Origin: a bacterium
GTDB taxonomy: Bacteria; UBP18; UBA7526
Assembly (NCBI GenBank): GCA_030615855.1
Contig: JAUWYL010000009.1
Location: 1-38,512 of the forward strand
DNA length: 38,512 nucleotides
Direction: 5' to 3'
The notes beneath the pieces were generated by a model, which worked only from the letters and a program-made list of their open reading frames with translations, was not told where the DNA came from and ran no database searches. Of the stretch, positions 25,256 through 35,679 are shown in pieces. How positions within the stretch are numbered: the first letter of the stretch is position 1; the number at the start of each line of letters is the position of its first letter. The translations under genes and the position numbers were made by a program.

Positions 25256-26050
25256 TTATTTTAGTTTTTTGAGTTGTTCTCGGGCCTTAGTGGCCCAGGT
25301 GGTTTTGGGATATTCTTTTATTAGTTTCTCATATTCTTTTATTGCCCGAGGATACATCTTGTTAAATTGGTAATTCTCTCCCAGGGTATAGAGGGCCTTT
25401 GCCTTTTCCTCGGAGGTTAATGGAATTTTCTTTTCCAGTTTTTTGAGGGATTTTGCTGCTGATTCTCTCGTATAGTAACGGTTTCTACCCGTTCGTTTAT
25501 CATAATAATACTTTGGGTCTTTTAGGGCTTTTTTTAATACTGGTATCGCTCTTGTGTCTCCTAATTTACCTAATGCTTCAGCAGTAACCCTGCGGACAAC
25601 CTCATTCTCATCACTCATTGCCTTAATTAGTGGTTCTACTGCCCCTTCATCCTTTATGACACCTAAGGCTTTAGCCGCTTCCCAGCGACGGGTAAAAGGA
25701 TTACTTTGATCCTGAAGGGCCTCGATTAGTGCTGGAACAGCAGGCTTTCCAATTTTAATCAATACATTCAATGCTTTAAACTGATCTCCTGTTCCAAGCT
25801 GGGAGATTTCTCTATCTATCTTCCTTTGCAATTTTACCTTGGGCAAATGAACAGCTAATAATCCCCCAATGATGACTAAGGCAATTACCGTTATCAAAAT
25901 GCTAACAATCTTCGTCTTGGGTTTCCTGACTCTCCTTTCTTTCTCTGTAGCAGCTGATTCATCTAATGCCTTTAGCAATTTCTCACTCTGCTCTTTAGTG
26001 ATCTTCCCTTCCCTTAGCATCCTCTCTATCCTCTCTCTTTCCTTTTCCAT
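25256..26050 (-). CDS. Membrane-anchored protein: SHOCT-like N-terminus, TM helix, HEAT/PBS repeats, C-terminal TPR
   Basis: IERMLREGKITKEQ; AVPALIEAL and AVEPLIKAM repeats; LIKEYPKT. Confidence 0.8.
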   Translation of the reverse strand: MEKERERIERMLREGKITKEQSEKLLKALDESAATEKERRVRKPKTKIVSILITVIALVIIGGLLAVHLPKVKLQRKIDREISQLGTGDQFKALNVLIKIGKPAVPALIEALQDQSNPFTRRWEAAKALGVIKDEGAVEPLIKAMSDENEVVRRVTAEALGKLGDTRAIPVLKKALKDPKYYYDKRTGRNRYYTRESAAKSLKKLEKKIPLTSEEKAKALYTLGENYQFNKMYPRAIKEYEKLIKEYPKTTWATKAREQLKKLK

Positions 26051-26084
26051 CTCTTCCTCCTTATTACTTTTGCCTGCGTTTTAA

Positions 26085-26234
26085 TTATTGTTTGGTTTCT
26101 ATTTCTTCAAGGAGCGATTGCACATAGGGGGCTAACTTTCTCCCTCTGTGGTCAATGCTCTCTGGATATTTTTCTAACAGTTGTCTAAGGACTTTCTTTG
26201 TCTTATCCTCAGCCAAAAATCTTACATACTTCAT
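26085..26234 (-). pseudogene. 49-aa chimeric remnant ORF
   Basis: MKYVRFLAEDKTK (30/39 nt identical to the start of 2282-2389) followed by KVLRQLLEKYPESIDHRG..., a TPR-tail-like segment. Confidence 0.5.
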
Positions 26235-26276
26235 CAATATTTGTTATTCTCTCATTCGTGCGAATGATTCCACGAC

Positions 26277-27623
26277 TTATTTTAATGCATACTGGGCTCT
26301 ACGAATTGCTTTTAATAATATTTTATCTTTTTCTTCTACAGTTTCAGCAAATTTTAAAACGTATTTGTATTCCTTCTCAGCCTCTTTTGTTAAACCTTTT
26401 TTATCATAAGCCCAGCCTAGCTCTACATGTATCCAGGCAATTACCCAAGGTGTCTCTGGCTTTTCTTCCAATGCCTTCTTAAAACTGGCAATGGCCTGAT
26501 CATATTGACCTTCACGATAGTAATTTTCTCCTTTTCTGTAATATTGCCAAGCCTCGGTCTTACAGAGCTCCTTTCTAGTTATTTCCTCTTTCCAAGCCTT
26601 ATATTCTTCAGCAGTTGCTTCAGTTAAAATAAATGAGACTTCGCTTTCTACATCTACCTCCCAACTCTGTTCCCTTCCTTTTCTAAGGTGTTTATAAATC
26701 CTCTTTTCTCCACTAGTAACTTTCCCCTCCATCTTAACAATTCTTCCTCTATCATAAGCAAAGTATGCGGTTAGTGCTCTGTTGATTTTAAAATCTTTGA
26801 TGGTTGCCTCTGCCTTTTTGCCAAATCCTGGCATCAAAACTTTTCCTTTTTGCATGGGCACTTCTATGCTTCCCACCCTTATTATCTTGGCACAATCATA
26901 GCCTCCTAATTTTTCGAAACCAACTAAACTATTTTTAAACCGAATGGTTAGTGGTGGGGTATCGAAGAGAAAAGAGGTTAACTGTGCATCGTTCGTCCAT
27001 GAATCGCCAACCTTAACCTTTTTCTCTGGCAAGAGAGGGAAAAACTGACCCGTTATGGAAGGCAACCCTAATTCTTTAAATATTGCTTTACATTCTTCCC
27101 AATTCTTCATCTCTGTTTTCCCTTGTTTGGTTATGTTCATTAATATTGGTCTATGACCAAAATCAAAGAATTCACTTGTTTTTTCTCCGTTCTTTTCTTT
27201 CTCTATTACCCCCTCAATAGTCATGCTCGCTTGGGCCACTCCTTTATCATCAACATCTTTTATTTTAATTGTACGATATGTTTCTGTTCTAAAATTTGTT
27301 ATTCTCGGCTTTCTATAAGCCATTTTAAATTCTACTTTTCCCATTGCTATTTCCTTATGTCGTAGGACATCTCCCTTCTTGACTTTATACTCTAACCTTA
27401 CCCTTTTCTTAGAAAGTTGAGAAACTACAACTAAGCCTCCAATAATAATGAGACCAACCATTACTGCTGAAATACTAATAACCTTCATTCTGGACTTTTT
27501 TATAGCCTTTTTCTTCTCTGCGGCAGTTGATTCCTCCAATGCCTTTAATAGTTTCTCGCTCTGCTCTTTGCTAATCTTCCCTTCCCTTAGCATCCTCTCT
27601 ATCCTCTCTCTTTCCTTTTCCAT
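26277..27623 (-). CDS. Membrane-anchored protein: SHOCT-like N-terminus, TM helix, beta-rich domain, C-terminal TPRs
   Basis: Same N-terminus as 25256-26050; LPEKKVKVGDSW; YYRKGENYYREGQYDQAIASFKKAL. Confidence 0.8.
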   Translation of the reverse strand: MEKERERIERMLREGKISKEQSEKLLKALEESTAAEKKKAIKKSRMKVISISAVMVGLIIIGGLVVVSQLSKKRVRLEYKVKKGDVLRHKEIAMGKVEFKMAYRKPRITNFRTETYRTIKIKDVDDKGVAQASMTIEGVIEKEKNGEKTSEFFDFGHRPILMNITKQGKTEMKNWEECKAIFKELGLPSITGQFFPLLPEKKVKVGDSWTNDAQLTSFLFDTPPLTIRFKNSLVGFEKLGGYDCAKIIRVGSIEVPMQKGKVLMPGFGKKAEATIKDFKINRALTAYFAYDRGRIVKMEGKVTSGEKRIYKHLRKGREQSWEVDVESEVSFILTEATAEEYKAWKEEITRKELCKTEAWQYYRKGENYYREGQYDQAIASFKKALEEKPETPWVIAWIHVELGWAYDKKGLTKEAEKEYKYVLKFAETVEEKDKILLKAIRRAQYALK

Positions 27624-27636
27624 CGTTTCCCTCCTT

Positions 27637-28278
27637 TTATCTCCAGAATAGTACGAATAATGAAATGGGAATTAAATTACCGAGAAAATGACAAGTAATT
27701 GCTGACAACAATCCTCCTCTAATATAAACATAGCAGAGAACTAATCCCATCAAAAAAGCTATGAGAAATCCTGATCCATGGATTGCCCCAAATAAAAGAG
27801 ACGAGATAATAGCACTTAAACTTAAATACAAAATTGGACTTTTTAGAACTTTTGACAATGGCCAGGCAATCAACGAGAATAAAAATAACCTAAACATTAC
27901 TTCTTCAGTCAAACCAGCCCTAAGGGATAAAAAAGGAATATCTGCTATTGTTAAAGACTTTAACCATGGTGCTGCAGTCATAGCTTGACTTCTCCCAAAA
28001 TAGTAGATAAGAGAATTTGCTAAGATTACCAGCACTCCAATAATAGCTAAATTTCTCCAATTTACACTTCCTTTGGGCAGTAGTGCTGGCAAGCCTATAA
28101 AAGAGCTGACTGTTAGACCGAGGATGACCAAAATAAAAAATATAAGAAACTCACTTAAGAAGATACTTTGATTGTTCATCCCGTGATAAAACTGGAGTTT
28201 TAATATGGGAAGAATACGGGTATCACAAATTAGAATGAGTAGAGTAATAACAAAAGCTAATAGAATCTTTTTCGCCAT
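27637..28278 (-). CDS. CPBP (CAAX/Abi-type) intramembrane protease
   Basis: EEVMFR, FGAIH and HFLGN motifs. Confidence 0.88.
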   Translation of the reverse strand: MAKKILLAFVITLLILICDTRILPILKLQFYHGMNNQSIFLSEFLIFFILVILGLTVSSFIGLPALLPKGSVNWRNLAIIGVLVILANSLIYYFGRSQAMTAAPWLKSLTIADIPFLSLRAGLTEEVMFRLFLFSLIAWPLSKVLKSPILYLSLSAIISSLLFGAIHGSGFLIAFLMGLVLCYVYIRGGLLSAITCHFLGNLIPISLFVLFWR

Positions 28279-28291
28279 TATTTTCTCCTCC

Positions 28292-28651
28292 CTATAATTG
28301 TTTTATCAAATCTGCTGCTTCCTCTGCTGATAGTTTTCCCTCTTCTACCGCATCTAATATCTGACCCTTCTGCTCTTCTAGAGGCTTCATCTTTCCCTTT
28401 AAGGCCTCAATGACCCTATCCAATCTATTGCGCACTGTGGGATAGGAAACATTCAACTTCTTGGCCATCTCTTTTAGGCTTCCGCTTGATAAGACAAAGA
28501 GTTCAATGAACCTCTGCTGCTCTGTATTCAGTTGGGATAATCTCGAAATAGGAAACTTTCCCTCAATGGCTACTTTACAGGAAGTGCATCTCAATCTCTC
28601 AATCTCCATCTTCCCATAACAATAAGGACATCTTCCGGATAATCTATTCAT
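28292..28651 (-). CDS. DUF2089 family zinc-ribbon/HTH protein
   Basis: CPYC..CTSC, GSLKEMAKKLNVSYPTVRNRLD, and a SHOCT-like tail. Confidence 0.88.
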   Translation of the reverse strand: MNRLSGRCPYCYGKMEIERLRCTSCKVAIEGKFPISRLSQLNTEQQRFIELFVLSSGSLKEMAKKLNVSYPTVRNRLDRVIEALKGKMKPLEEQKGQILDAVEEGKLSAEEAADLIKQL

Positions 28652-28683
28652 CTTCCTCTCCTCTAATTTCAGTTTCTAAATAC

Positions 28684-28712
28684 AATATAACCCATAACTT
28701 CAACTTTGTCAA
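28684..28712 (-). promoter_or_regulatory. Promoter of the DUF2089 operon
   Basis: TTGACA-17nt-TATATT. Confidence 0.8.
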
Positions 28713-28889
28713 GTCTTTTTTTAACTTTTTTCATTTTATTATAAATTAACCTCAATTTATCTCATATTTCCAAATTCTCAATAATTTGAAAATAAGAGAA
28801 GAATAGTAAAGTAGACAGACTAGGAAAGTAGGTCGAAAAAGAGGGAACCCCCATTTTATAGGGGGCTGGTTGCTTTTGTCTTTCTTGGT

Positions 28890-29936
28890 TTAGATTAGAT
28901 TCTTTTTTATTAAAAGTTCGGCGATCTGGATGGTGTTCAGGGCCGCTCCCTTCCTTAGGTTATCCGAGACCACCCAGAGGTTAAGGCCATTGGGTATCGA
29001 TTCGTCCTCTCTTATTCTTCCCACGAATGTTTCGTCCTTTCCTGCGGCATCGATAGGGATGGGATACTTTGATTCTTTTGGATCATCAATAACAACTACT
29101 CCAGGTGTCTTAGATAGTATCTCCTTAGCCTTTTTTGCAGTTAATTTCCTTTCTGTTTCAATGTTTATGGCTTCGGAATGGCCGATATAGACCGGAACCC
29201 TCACACAGGTAGCGGTTATTCGGATAGAATCGTCCTCCATAATCTTTCTGGTCTCATTTACCATCTTCATCTCTTCCTTGGTATAACCGCTCTCAATGAA
29301 ATCATCTATCTGAGGTATTACATTAAAGGCGATTTGATAAGGCAAAACCTGTTTGGCTGTTTCACTTTCCCACTTTCCCACTTTCCCACTTTCTCGCTTG
29401 TTCATTATCTCTTCCGTCTCTTGACGGAGTTGCTCCATGGCCTCCCTTCCCCAGCCAGAGACAGACTGGTAGGAAGAGACCACAATCCTTTTGACTTTAG
29501 CAGCATCGTGCAAGGGCTTTAAGACTACTACCATCTGGATGGTGGAACAGTTAGGATTGGCGATGATCCCTTTATGTTTCTCTAAAGCAAGAGGATTTAC
29601 TTCGGGAACGACTAAGGGGACCTCGGGATCCATTCTCCAGGCGCTGGAATTATCAACAACCACTGTTTTTGACTTAACAGCAATGGGAGCAAACTTTTTG
29701 CTGATCTCTGCTCCAATACTGAATAGAGCAATATCTACATCCTTAAAGGAATCAGGGGTCAATTCTTCTACAATTACATCTTTATCCTTGAACTTTAATC
29801 TCTTTCCCGCTGATCTCTTAGAGGCCAGGAGTTTGATCTTTTTAATGGGAAAGTTTCTCTCCTCTAATATCTTAATCATTTCCTGACCAACAGCACCCGT
29901 TGCCCCAACCACAGCAGTGTTATACTCTCTCATCAA
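28890..29936 (-). CDS. asd: Aspartate-semialdehyde dehydrogenase
   Basis: GATGAVG, ANPNCST and DNLRKGAA motifs. Confidence 0.96.
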   Translation of the reverse strand: MMREYNTAVVGATGAVGQEMIKILEERNFPIKKIKLLASKRSAGKRLKFKDKDVIVEELTPDSFKDVDIALFSIGAEISKKFAPIAVKSKTVVVDNSSAWRMDPEVPLVVPEVNPLALEKHKGIIANPNCSTIQMVVVLKPLHDAAKVKRIVVSSYQSVSGWGREAMEQLRQETEEIMNKRESGKVGKWESETAKQVLPYQIAFNVIPQIDDFIESGYTKEEMKMVNETRKIMEDDSIRITATCVRVPVYIGHSEAINIETERKLTAKKAKEILSKTPGVVVIDDPKESKYPIPIDAAGKDETFVGRIREDESIPNGLNLWVVSDNLRKGAALNTIQIAELLIKKNLI

Positions 29937-30343
29937 AACTCTCCCTTATCTTTTGCCTTAAAGTAGTCTTCTAAAATTTTGTTATGATCGAAGACTAAAT
30001 CTTTTGGTATTTCGTTTCTCTCGAAGACCCCTATCTCAGAAGCATCAGTAGAGGCCTTTGGTGCCCCAGAAGAAGTAGCAATGAAGACCGTAGTTACGGT
30101 ATGCCACCTGGGATCCCTATCTAAGGTAGAATAGGTATGGAACTGCCCCTTTAGTTCTACATCTAAGGAGGTCTCCTCCTTTGCCTCCCTTATGGCACAA
30201 TCTTCGAGACTTTCTCCATAGTCTAAGAAGCCACCGGGTAAGGCCCAGCCCACCGGAGGATTCTTCCTTTTGATCAGAACAATTCCTTTATCTTCTAACT
30301 CAATAATAATATCTGCTGTTATTCGCGGTTTTCTCTTCTCCAT
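29933..30343 (-). CDS. NUDIX hydrolase
   Basis: Nudix box [28 protein letters not shown] motif. Confidence 0.92.
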   Translation of the reverse strand: MEKRKPRITADIIIELEDKGIVLIKRKNPPVGWALPGGFLDYGESLEDCAIREAKEETSLDVELKGQFHTYSTLDRDPRWHTVTTVFIATSSGAPKASTDASEIGVFERNEIPKDLVFDHNKILEDYFKAKDKGEF

Positions 30344-30352
30344 CTTACATTC

Positions 30353-30388
30353 AACGGGCAAACCGGCTAACCGGCCAACTGGCTAACC
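30353..30388. repeat. 8-mer tandem array AAC(C/G/T)GGC(T/A/C)
   Basis: aacgggca aaccggct aaccggcc aactggct aacc. Confidence 0.75.
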
Positions 30389-30395
30389 TATCCCC

Positions 30396-31454
30396 TTATA
30401 CGAAACTGGCTACCAGGTCTCCCACTTCACTTGTGGAAAGACCCATCTTTCCTGCTCCCAGGCTCTTTATCTTTCCCGTCTCCAGAGCTTTGATGATTGC
30501 CCCTTCAACTAATTGAGCGCCTTTCTCCTCTCCCAATATCTCAAGCATCATCCCGCAGGCAGCAATGGTAGCCAAAGGACAGATGACGTTCTTTCCCGTA
30601 TACTTGGGAGCAGAACCGTGGATAGGCTCAAACATAGAAACCCCTTCGGGATTGATATTCCCACCAGCTGCGATTCCCATCCCTCCCTGAACCATAGCCC
30701 CCAGATCAGTGATAATATCCCCAAACATATTCCCAGTGACGATGACATCGAACCATTCGGGGTTCTTCACCATCCACATACATATGGCATCCACATGGGC
30801 ATAGTCCTTCTTAATATCTGGGTATTTTTTCTCCCCCATCTCATTAAATGCTCTCTCCCATAGGTCATAGACATTGGTCAAGACATTCGTCTTCCCACAC
30901 AAAGTCACCTTCTTGTCCTTATTTCTCTTCTTAGCATACTCAAAGGCATACCTCAGACACCTATCTACTTCCCTTCTGGTATATCTCATTACCTGGGTGG
31001 CCACCTCGTCCTCTGTTCCCTTATCCTTTATCTCTCCTTCTCCTTTGTATAGACCAGATGTATTCTCCCTCACCACAACGAAATCAATATCCTCTGGCCC
31101 TTTATCCTTAACCGGGGTCTCGACCCCGGGATAGAGCTTGACCGGTCTTAAGTTTATATACTGATCGAGGCCAAAGCGTAGTTTGAGAAGTAAGCCCTTC
31201 TCCAGTATTCCTGGTTTAACATCCGGATGGCCTACAGAGCCGAGATAGATGGCATCCATCTTTTTCATCTCTTCTAGGGCAGAATCTGGTAAGACTTCAC
31301 CAGTCTTTAAGTATCTATTTCCACCGAAGTCATAGTTTATAAATTCGAACTTGATGTTCTCCTTCTTAGCAACCGCTTTAAGAATTTTTAAACCCTCTAT
31401 TATTATCTCTGGTCCCACTCCATCTCCAGGGATCACGGCAATTTTATACATCAC
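30396..31454 (-). CDS. leuB: 3-isopropylmalate dehydrogenase
   Basis: [14 protein letters not shown] and FEPIHGSAP motifs; leu operon context. Confidence 0.9.
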   Translation of the reverse strand: MMYKIAVIPGDGVGPEIIIEGLKILKAVAKKENIKFEFINYDFGGNRYLKTGEVLPDSALEEMKKMDAIYLGSVGHPDVKPGILEKGLLLKLRFGLDQYINLRPVKLYPGVETPVKDKGPEDIDFVVVRENTSGLYKGEGEIKDKGTEDEVATQVMRYTRREVDRCLRYAFEYAKKRNKDKKVTLCGKTNVLTNVYDLWERAFNEMGEKKYPDIKKDYAHVDAICMWMVKNPEWFDVIVTGNMFGDIITDLGAMVQGGMGIAAGGNINPEGVSMFEPIHGSAPKYTGKNVICPLATIAACGMMLEILGEEKGAQLVEGAIIKALETGKIKSLGAGKMGLSTSEVGDLVASFV

Positions 31455-31935
31455 TTTTCCTCACGTATCTCATCAAGCCTCCAAAGGAGATTATCCTCTT
31501 TAAAAATCTTGGGAAGGGCTGAACTCGATAGATTCTCTTTTTAGTAACGTTTCTAATCTCTCCCTTATTCAGATCAATCTGTAGGATGTCGTTCTGCCTC
31601 GCCTCTTTTGCTGCTTCTTTGCTTTCCAATATGGGCAGACCCATATTGATGCAGTTCCTGAAGAAGATTCTGGCAAAGGAGGCAGCGATAACGCAAGAGA
31701 CACTACACCCCTTTATTGCTAAGGGGGCATGCTCCCGGGAACTAGCACAGCCGAAGTTCTTCCCAGCAACGACGATGTCTCCTGGTTTTACCTTCCGGGC
31801 AAAGTTTTTGCTTCTTCCTTCCAGGCAGTGCCTGGCTAATTCTTTGGGATTAGTGGTTACCAGATACTTCGCGGGGATGATCTCATCGGTATTGACATCA
31901 TCCCCGAACTTATGAACCTTTCCCTTAAATTTCAC
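31444..31935 (-). CDS. leuD: 3-isopropylmalate dehydratase small subunit
   Basis: DVNTDEIIP and NFGCASSREHA motifs. Confidence 0.93.
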   Translation of the reverse strand: MKFKGKVHKFGDDVNTDEIIPAKYLVTTNPKELARHCLEGRSKNFARKVKPGDIVVAGKNFGCASSREHAPLAIKGCSVSCVIAASFARIFFRNCINMGLPILESKEAAKEARQNDILQIDLNKGEIRNVTKKRIYRVQPFPRFLKRIISFGGLMRYVRKSDV

Positions 31936-31954
31936 CTAATCAAATCTTCCTTCC

Positions 31955-32040
31955 ATACACGGATGATCACGGATTTTTTACGGATGATCACGGATTAAAT
32001 CCGTGCTAATCTGTGCCTTTTAATCTGTGCCTATCCGTGT
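31955..32040. repeat. Empty CACGGAT/ATCCGTG inverted array (4+4 units)
   Basis: Read directly; centre GGATTAAATCC. Confidence 0.9.
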
Positions 32041-32042
32041 AA

Positions 32043-32258
32043 TTAATCAAATTTTGATGCCTCAAGATGTTTCTTAATCTCATCCCTCAAGAGGCCGACG
32101 AGCTCCTCATCCGTTTGCTTGATCTTCTTCCAGATCTCCTGACAGGATGGGCATTCAGCAGCATCTTCGATGCACTTGTCATAGCGGGCAAGTCCTCTTG
32201 ACTTTATGGCCAGGGCTGAGATCAGATTGTAGTTAAGGTTCTTTAACATCTTTCTCAC
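32043..32258 (-). CDS. Small hypothetical helical protein (half-ferritin-like, CxxC)
   Basis: NYNLISAL...YDKCIEDAAECPSCQEIWKKI. Confidence 0.65.
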   Translation of the reverse strand: MRKMLKNLNYNLISALAIKSRGLARYDKCIEDAAECPSCQEIWKKIKQTDEELVGLLRDEIKKHLEASKFD

Positions 32259-32530
32259 CTCCCTTCTATAGGCTTCATCCCTTCTCTGGCAAAGATGTTT
32301 ACAATATAGTCTTTGCTTATACTTATCCTTTCCACCCTATATTTCCAGGTCTCATGAGCCCGGATAGCAGTGACGGTAGCATCGACTACGACAACAAATT
32401 TCTTGGCGGGATTGAGGGTTACGAAGTCAGGCAGACTTCGGCAACCGGGGGGAAGGGTTACCCAGCCCTCCACCTTACAATTTGGGAGATAGATCACAAT
32501 CTCCTTCTTCTCTCCTTCAATCTCTTCCAT
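32255..32530 (-). CDS. Small hypothetical protein
   Basis: ORF with AGGAGG RBS, coupled to the downstream gene by a GTGA overlap. Confidence 0.7.
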   Translation of the reverse strand: MEEIEGEKKEIVIYLPNCKVEGWVTLPPGCRSLPDFVTLNPAKKFVVVVDATVTAIRAHETWKYRVERISISKDYIVNIFAREGMKPIEGR

Positions 32531-32547
32531 TTCTCATTCCTCCTTTG

Positions 32548-32609
32548 ATACACGGATAATCACTGATTCTTTACGGATGGTCACGGATTAAATCCGTGTT
32601 GATCCGTGT
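32548..32609. repeat. Empty CACGGAT/ATCCGTG inverted array
   Basis: 47/51 identical to 31955-32005; 39 bp identical to 37731-37769. Confidence 0.9.
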
Positions 32610-32610
32610 T

Positions 32611-33909
32611 TTAGATTTTTGCGGGATGGGCGATCCTTCCTTTAAGGGCACTGGCAGCAGCAATTGCTGGATTGGAGAGGTAGACCTCTGATTTAGGATG
32701 GCCCATACGGCCTTTAAAGTTCCTGTTTGTGGTTGCTAGGGCCTTTTCCCCTTCTGCTAAGACCCCCATATGGCCACCGAGACAGGGACCACAGGTAGGG
32801 GTAGAAACCACCCCTCCTGCCTCTAAGAATATCTCGGTCAATCCTTCCTTTACTGCCTGAAGATAGATATTCTGTGTAGCAGGAATGATGATGAGTCTTA
32901 TATAAGAGGGGATTTTCCTTCCCTTCAAAACTTTGGCCGCAATTCTCAAATCCTCCATCCTTCCATTGGTGCAGGAGCCGATGACTACCTGATCTAAAGG
33001 GATATTTCCTACTTCACTCACTGGTTTGGTATTTGAAGGTAGATGGGGAAGGGCAACCTGAGGTTCGATCTTGGAGCAATCGTACTTTCTTATCTCACAA
33101 TAATTGGCATCGGGATCGCTCGTTGGCAGTGAACAGTGAACAGTGTCCGCCAGAGGCGGATCAGCCTTCGGCTGAAACAGTGAACAGTGTTTCTTTGCAT
33201 ATTCGAGAGTGATTTTGTCGGGAGCAATAATTCCTGACTTTGCTCCGGCCTCGATGGCCATATTACACATACTGAATCTAGAATCCATGGAAAGGCTGGA
33301 GACCGCCTCTCCGGTAAATTCCATGGTTTTATATAGGGCGCCATCTACCCCAATATCACCAATAGTGTAGAGGATGAGGTCCTTCCCACTCACCCATTTG
33401 TTTAGTTTTCCACGATAGATGAATCTTATTGTCTCTGGAACCTTGAACCAGAGTTTCCCAGTAATCATTACTGCTGCTAAGTCTGTCGAACCCACGCCAG
33501 CAGAAAAAGCACCCAAAGCACCATAGGTACAGGTATGACTATCTGCACCAATGATTAAATCCCCGGGCCCTACAATTCCCTGTTCAGGAAGGAGAGCATG
33601 CTCTATCCCCATCCTCCCCACATCAAAGTAATATTTAAGATTCTGTTCTTTAGCAAAGTCCCTTAAGATCTTCGCTTGTTGGGCAGAAGGAGCATCCTTA
33701 TTGGGAGTGAAGTGATCGGGAACTAAGACGACTTTGCTTCTGTCAAAGACCTTCTTTACCCCGGACTTTCTAAACTCCTCTATAGCCAGGGGGGCGGTGA
33801 TATCATTCCCTAAAGCAATATCTACCTTGGCCTCAATGAACTCCCCTGGCTCCACCCTCTTCTTTCCCGCATGGGCAGCCAGTATCTTCTCTGTTATGGT
33901 AAGACCCAC
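32611..33909 (-). CDS. leuC: 3-isopropylmalate dehydratase large subunit, with a repeat-derived insertion
   Basis: [16 protein letters not shown] and CGPCLG motifs. Confidence 0.95.
   Translation of the reverse strand: MGLTITEKILAAHAGKKRVEPGEFIEAKVDIALGNDITAPLAIEEFRKSGVKKVFDRSKVVLVPDHFTPNKDAPSAQQAKILRDFAKEQNLKYYFDVGRMGIEHALLPEQGIVGPGDLIIGADSHTCTYGALGAFSAGVGSTDLAAVMITGKLWFKVPETIRFIYRGKLNKWVSGKDLILYTIGDIGVDGALYKTMEFTGEAVSSLSMDSRFSMCNMAIEAGAKSGIIAPDKITLEYAKKHCSLFQPKADPPLADTVHCSLPTSDPDANYCEIRKYDCSKIEPQVALPHLPSNTKPVSEVGNIPLDQVVIGSCTNGRMEDLRIAAKVLKGRKIPSYIRLIIIPATQNIYLQAVKEGLTEIFLEAGGVVSTPTCGPCLGGHMGVLAEGEKALATTNRNFKGRMGHPKSEVYLSNPAIAAASALKGRIAHPAKI
33127..33189. repeat. CAGTGAA x5 array with a nested 30-bp double hairpin, inside leuC
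   Basis: tccgccagaggcgga + tcagccttcggctga at 33146-33175. Confidence 0.88.
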
Positions 33910-33942
33910 AATAAATCCTTCGGATTAAAAGTTAACAGTTTA

Positions 33943-34050
33943 CCCCGTAAGACTTTTTAGCTAAAAACTTTTTCAGTCAGTTATATAATTATTATTCACG
34001 CTACTGAACCCTCAGAATTGGCAATAACTTTTCTGAAAAGTCCAACGGGG
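33943..34050. mobile_element. MITE, 108 bp, TIR CCCCGT(AA/TG)GACTTTT, flanked by TTTA/TTTA
   Basis: 13/15 TIR and a 4-bp direct repeat; sits inside a heptamer array. Confidence 0.75.
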
Positions 34051-34141
34051 TTTACAGTGTACGGTTCACAGTAAAAAATTTAGAAAGGAAAGACTGTTAG
34101 ATATCGCTTTACTAACTGGTTACTGTAAACTATTGCTATAC

Positions 34142-35656
34142 TTATCGCCTCCGATAGACGAGACGATTCAGGGCATTGATATAGGCCTTGGCTGAAGCCT
34201 CAATGACATCTGTTGAAGCACCATGGCCAGTAATGGTCTCTCCTTTACTCTCTATCTTTACGATGACCTCTCCTAAGGCCTCCTTACCACCGGTCACTCC
34301 CCTTAGAGCATAGTCAACTAATCTGCACTTTATCTTAATAATCTTATCTATCGCTTTGTAGCAGGCATCTACTGGACCATCACCAGTGGCCGTCTCTTCA
34401 ATTATCTTGCCTTTTTTCTTTATTCTAATTCTCGCCTCTGGAGTGACCTTTGTTCCGCTTCTAATCTCCATATCCTCTAAGATAAAGGTATCGGGAATCA
34501 TACGGACCTCGTCCTCAATGATGGCCTCCAGGTCCTCATCAAAGACCTCTTTCTTCTTATCTGCTAAACTCTTGAATCGGACGAAGGCCTTATTCAAGTC
34601 TTCGTTAGAAAGCTCAGTATAGCCCAGTTCCTCCAATCTCTTCCTGAAGGCATGCCTTCCCGAGTGTTTCCCCAGGACCAACTTGGTCCCGGCAATGCCT
34701 ACCGACTGGGGGGTCATGATCTCATAGGTGATCCTCTTTGCCAATACCCCATGCTGATGGATCCCTGCCTCATGGGCAAATGCATTGGCACCCACGATGG
34801 CCTTATTGGGCTGAACCAAAATCCCGGTAAGACCACTTACTAATCTTGACGTCTTATAGATCTCCTTGGTCTTTATTCCGGTTACTTTATTGAAAGTATC
34901 TTTCCTGGTCCTCAGGGCCATAACGATCTCCTCTAATGAGGCATTCCCGGCTCTCTCCCCAATGCCGTTTATGGTGCACTCCACCTGGGTAGCACCATTC
35001 AAGATGGCTGCTAAGGAGTTGGCCACTGCCAGGCCTAAGTCATTGTGGCAGTGGATGCTTATTACTGCCTGGCCGATATTGGGAACCTCTTGAGTTATTC
35101 CTCTAATTAATTTTCCAAACTCTACTGGCGTAGCATAGCCCACGGTATCGGGAATGTTGACTGTCGTTGCTCCGGCATCGATTACTGCCTCTACTACTTG
35201 ATATAAGAATTGGGGCTCTGTCCTTGAGGCATCCTCTGGAGAGAATTCAACATCATTGGTAAACTTCTTGGCATACTTCACCCCTTCTACAGCAAGCCTT
35301 AAGATTTCCTCCTTGGCCTTTTTTAGTTTATACTTCATATGAATCTTTGAGGTGGCTAAGAAGACATGGATCCTGGGCTTCTTAGAATACTTTACCGCAT
35401 TCCAGGCCCTTTGTATATCCTCCTTCTTGGCCCTTGCCAATCCAGTGATGATGGGCCCTTTCACTTCCTTGGCGACAAGCTTTACTGCCTCAAAGTCACC
35501 GGGTGAGGAGATGGGAAAGCCGCCCTCAATGATATCCACCCCTAATCTTGCGAGCTGCTTGGCAATCTCTAACTTCTCCTGGATATTCAAACTCGCCCCT
35601 GGGGATTGTTCTCCATCTCTCAGGGTAGTATCAAAAATCAATATCCGCTCAGCCAT
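34142..35656 (-). CDS. leuA: 2-isopropylmalate synthase
   Basis: [20 protein letters not shown] and LGKHSGR motifs. Start moved to ATG 35656. Confidence 0.96.
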   Translation of the reverse strand: MAERILIFDTTLRDGEQSPGASLNIQEKLEIAKQLARLGVDIIEGGFPISSPGDFEAVKLVAKEVKGPIITGLARAKKEDIQRAWNAVKYSKKPRIHVFLATSKIHMKYKLKKAKEEILRLAVEGVKYAKKFTNDVEFSPEDASRTEPQFLYQVVEAVIDAGATTVNIPDTVGYATPVEFGKLIRGITQEVPNIGQAVISIHCHNDLGLAVANSLAAILNGATQVECTINGIGERAGNASLEEIVMALRTRKDTFNKVTGIKTKEIYKTSRLVSGLTGILVQPNKAIVGANAFAHEAGIHQHGVLAKRITYEIMTPQSVGIAGTKLVLGKHSGRHAFRKRLEELGYTELSNEDLNKAFVRFKSLADKKKEVFDEDLEAIIEDEVRMIPDTFILEDMEIRSGTKVTPEARIRIKKKGKIIEETATGDGPVDACYKAIDKIIKIKCRLVDYALRGVTGGKEALGEVIVKIESKGETITGHGASTDVIEASAKAYINALNRLVYRRR

Positions 35657-35679
35657 CTCTTTTCTCCTTATAATTAATA

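Noticed and set aside
31955-32609. CACGGAT arrays as CRISPR
   Set aside because: Units are ~10 nt, degenerate and inverted, with no unique 30-40-nt spacers and no cas genes.
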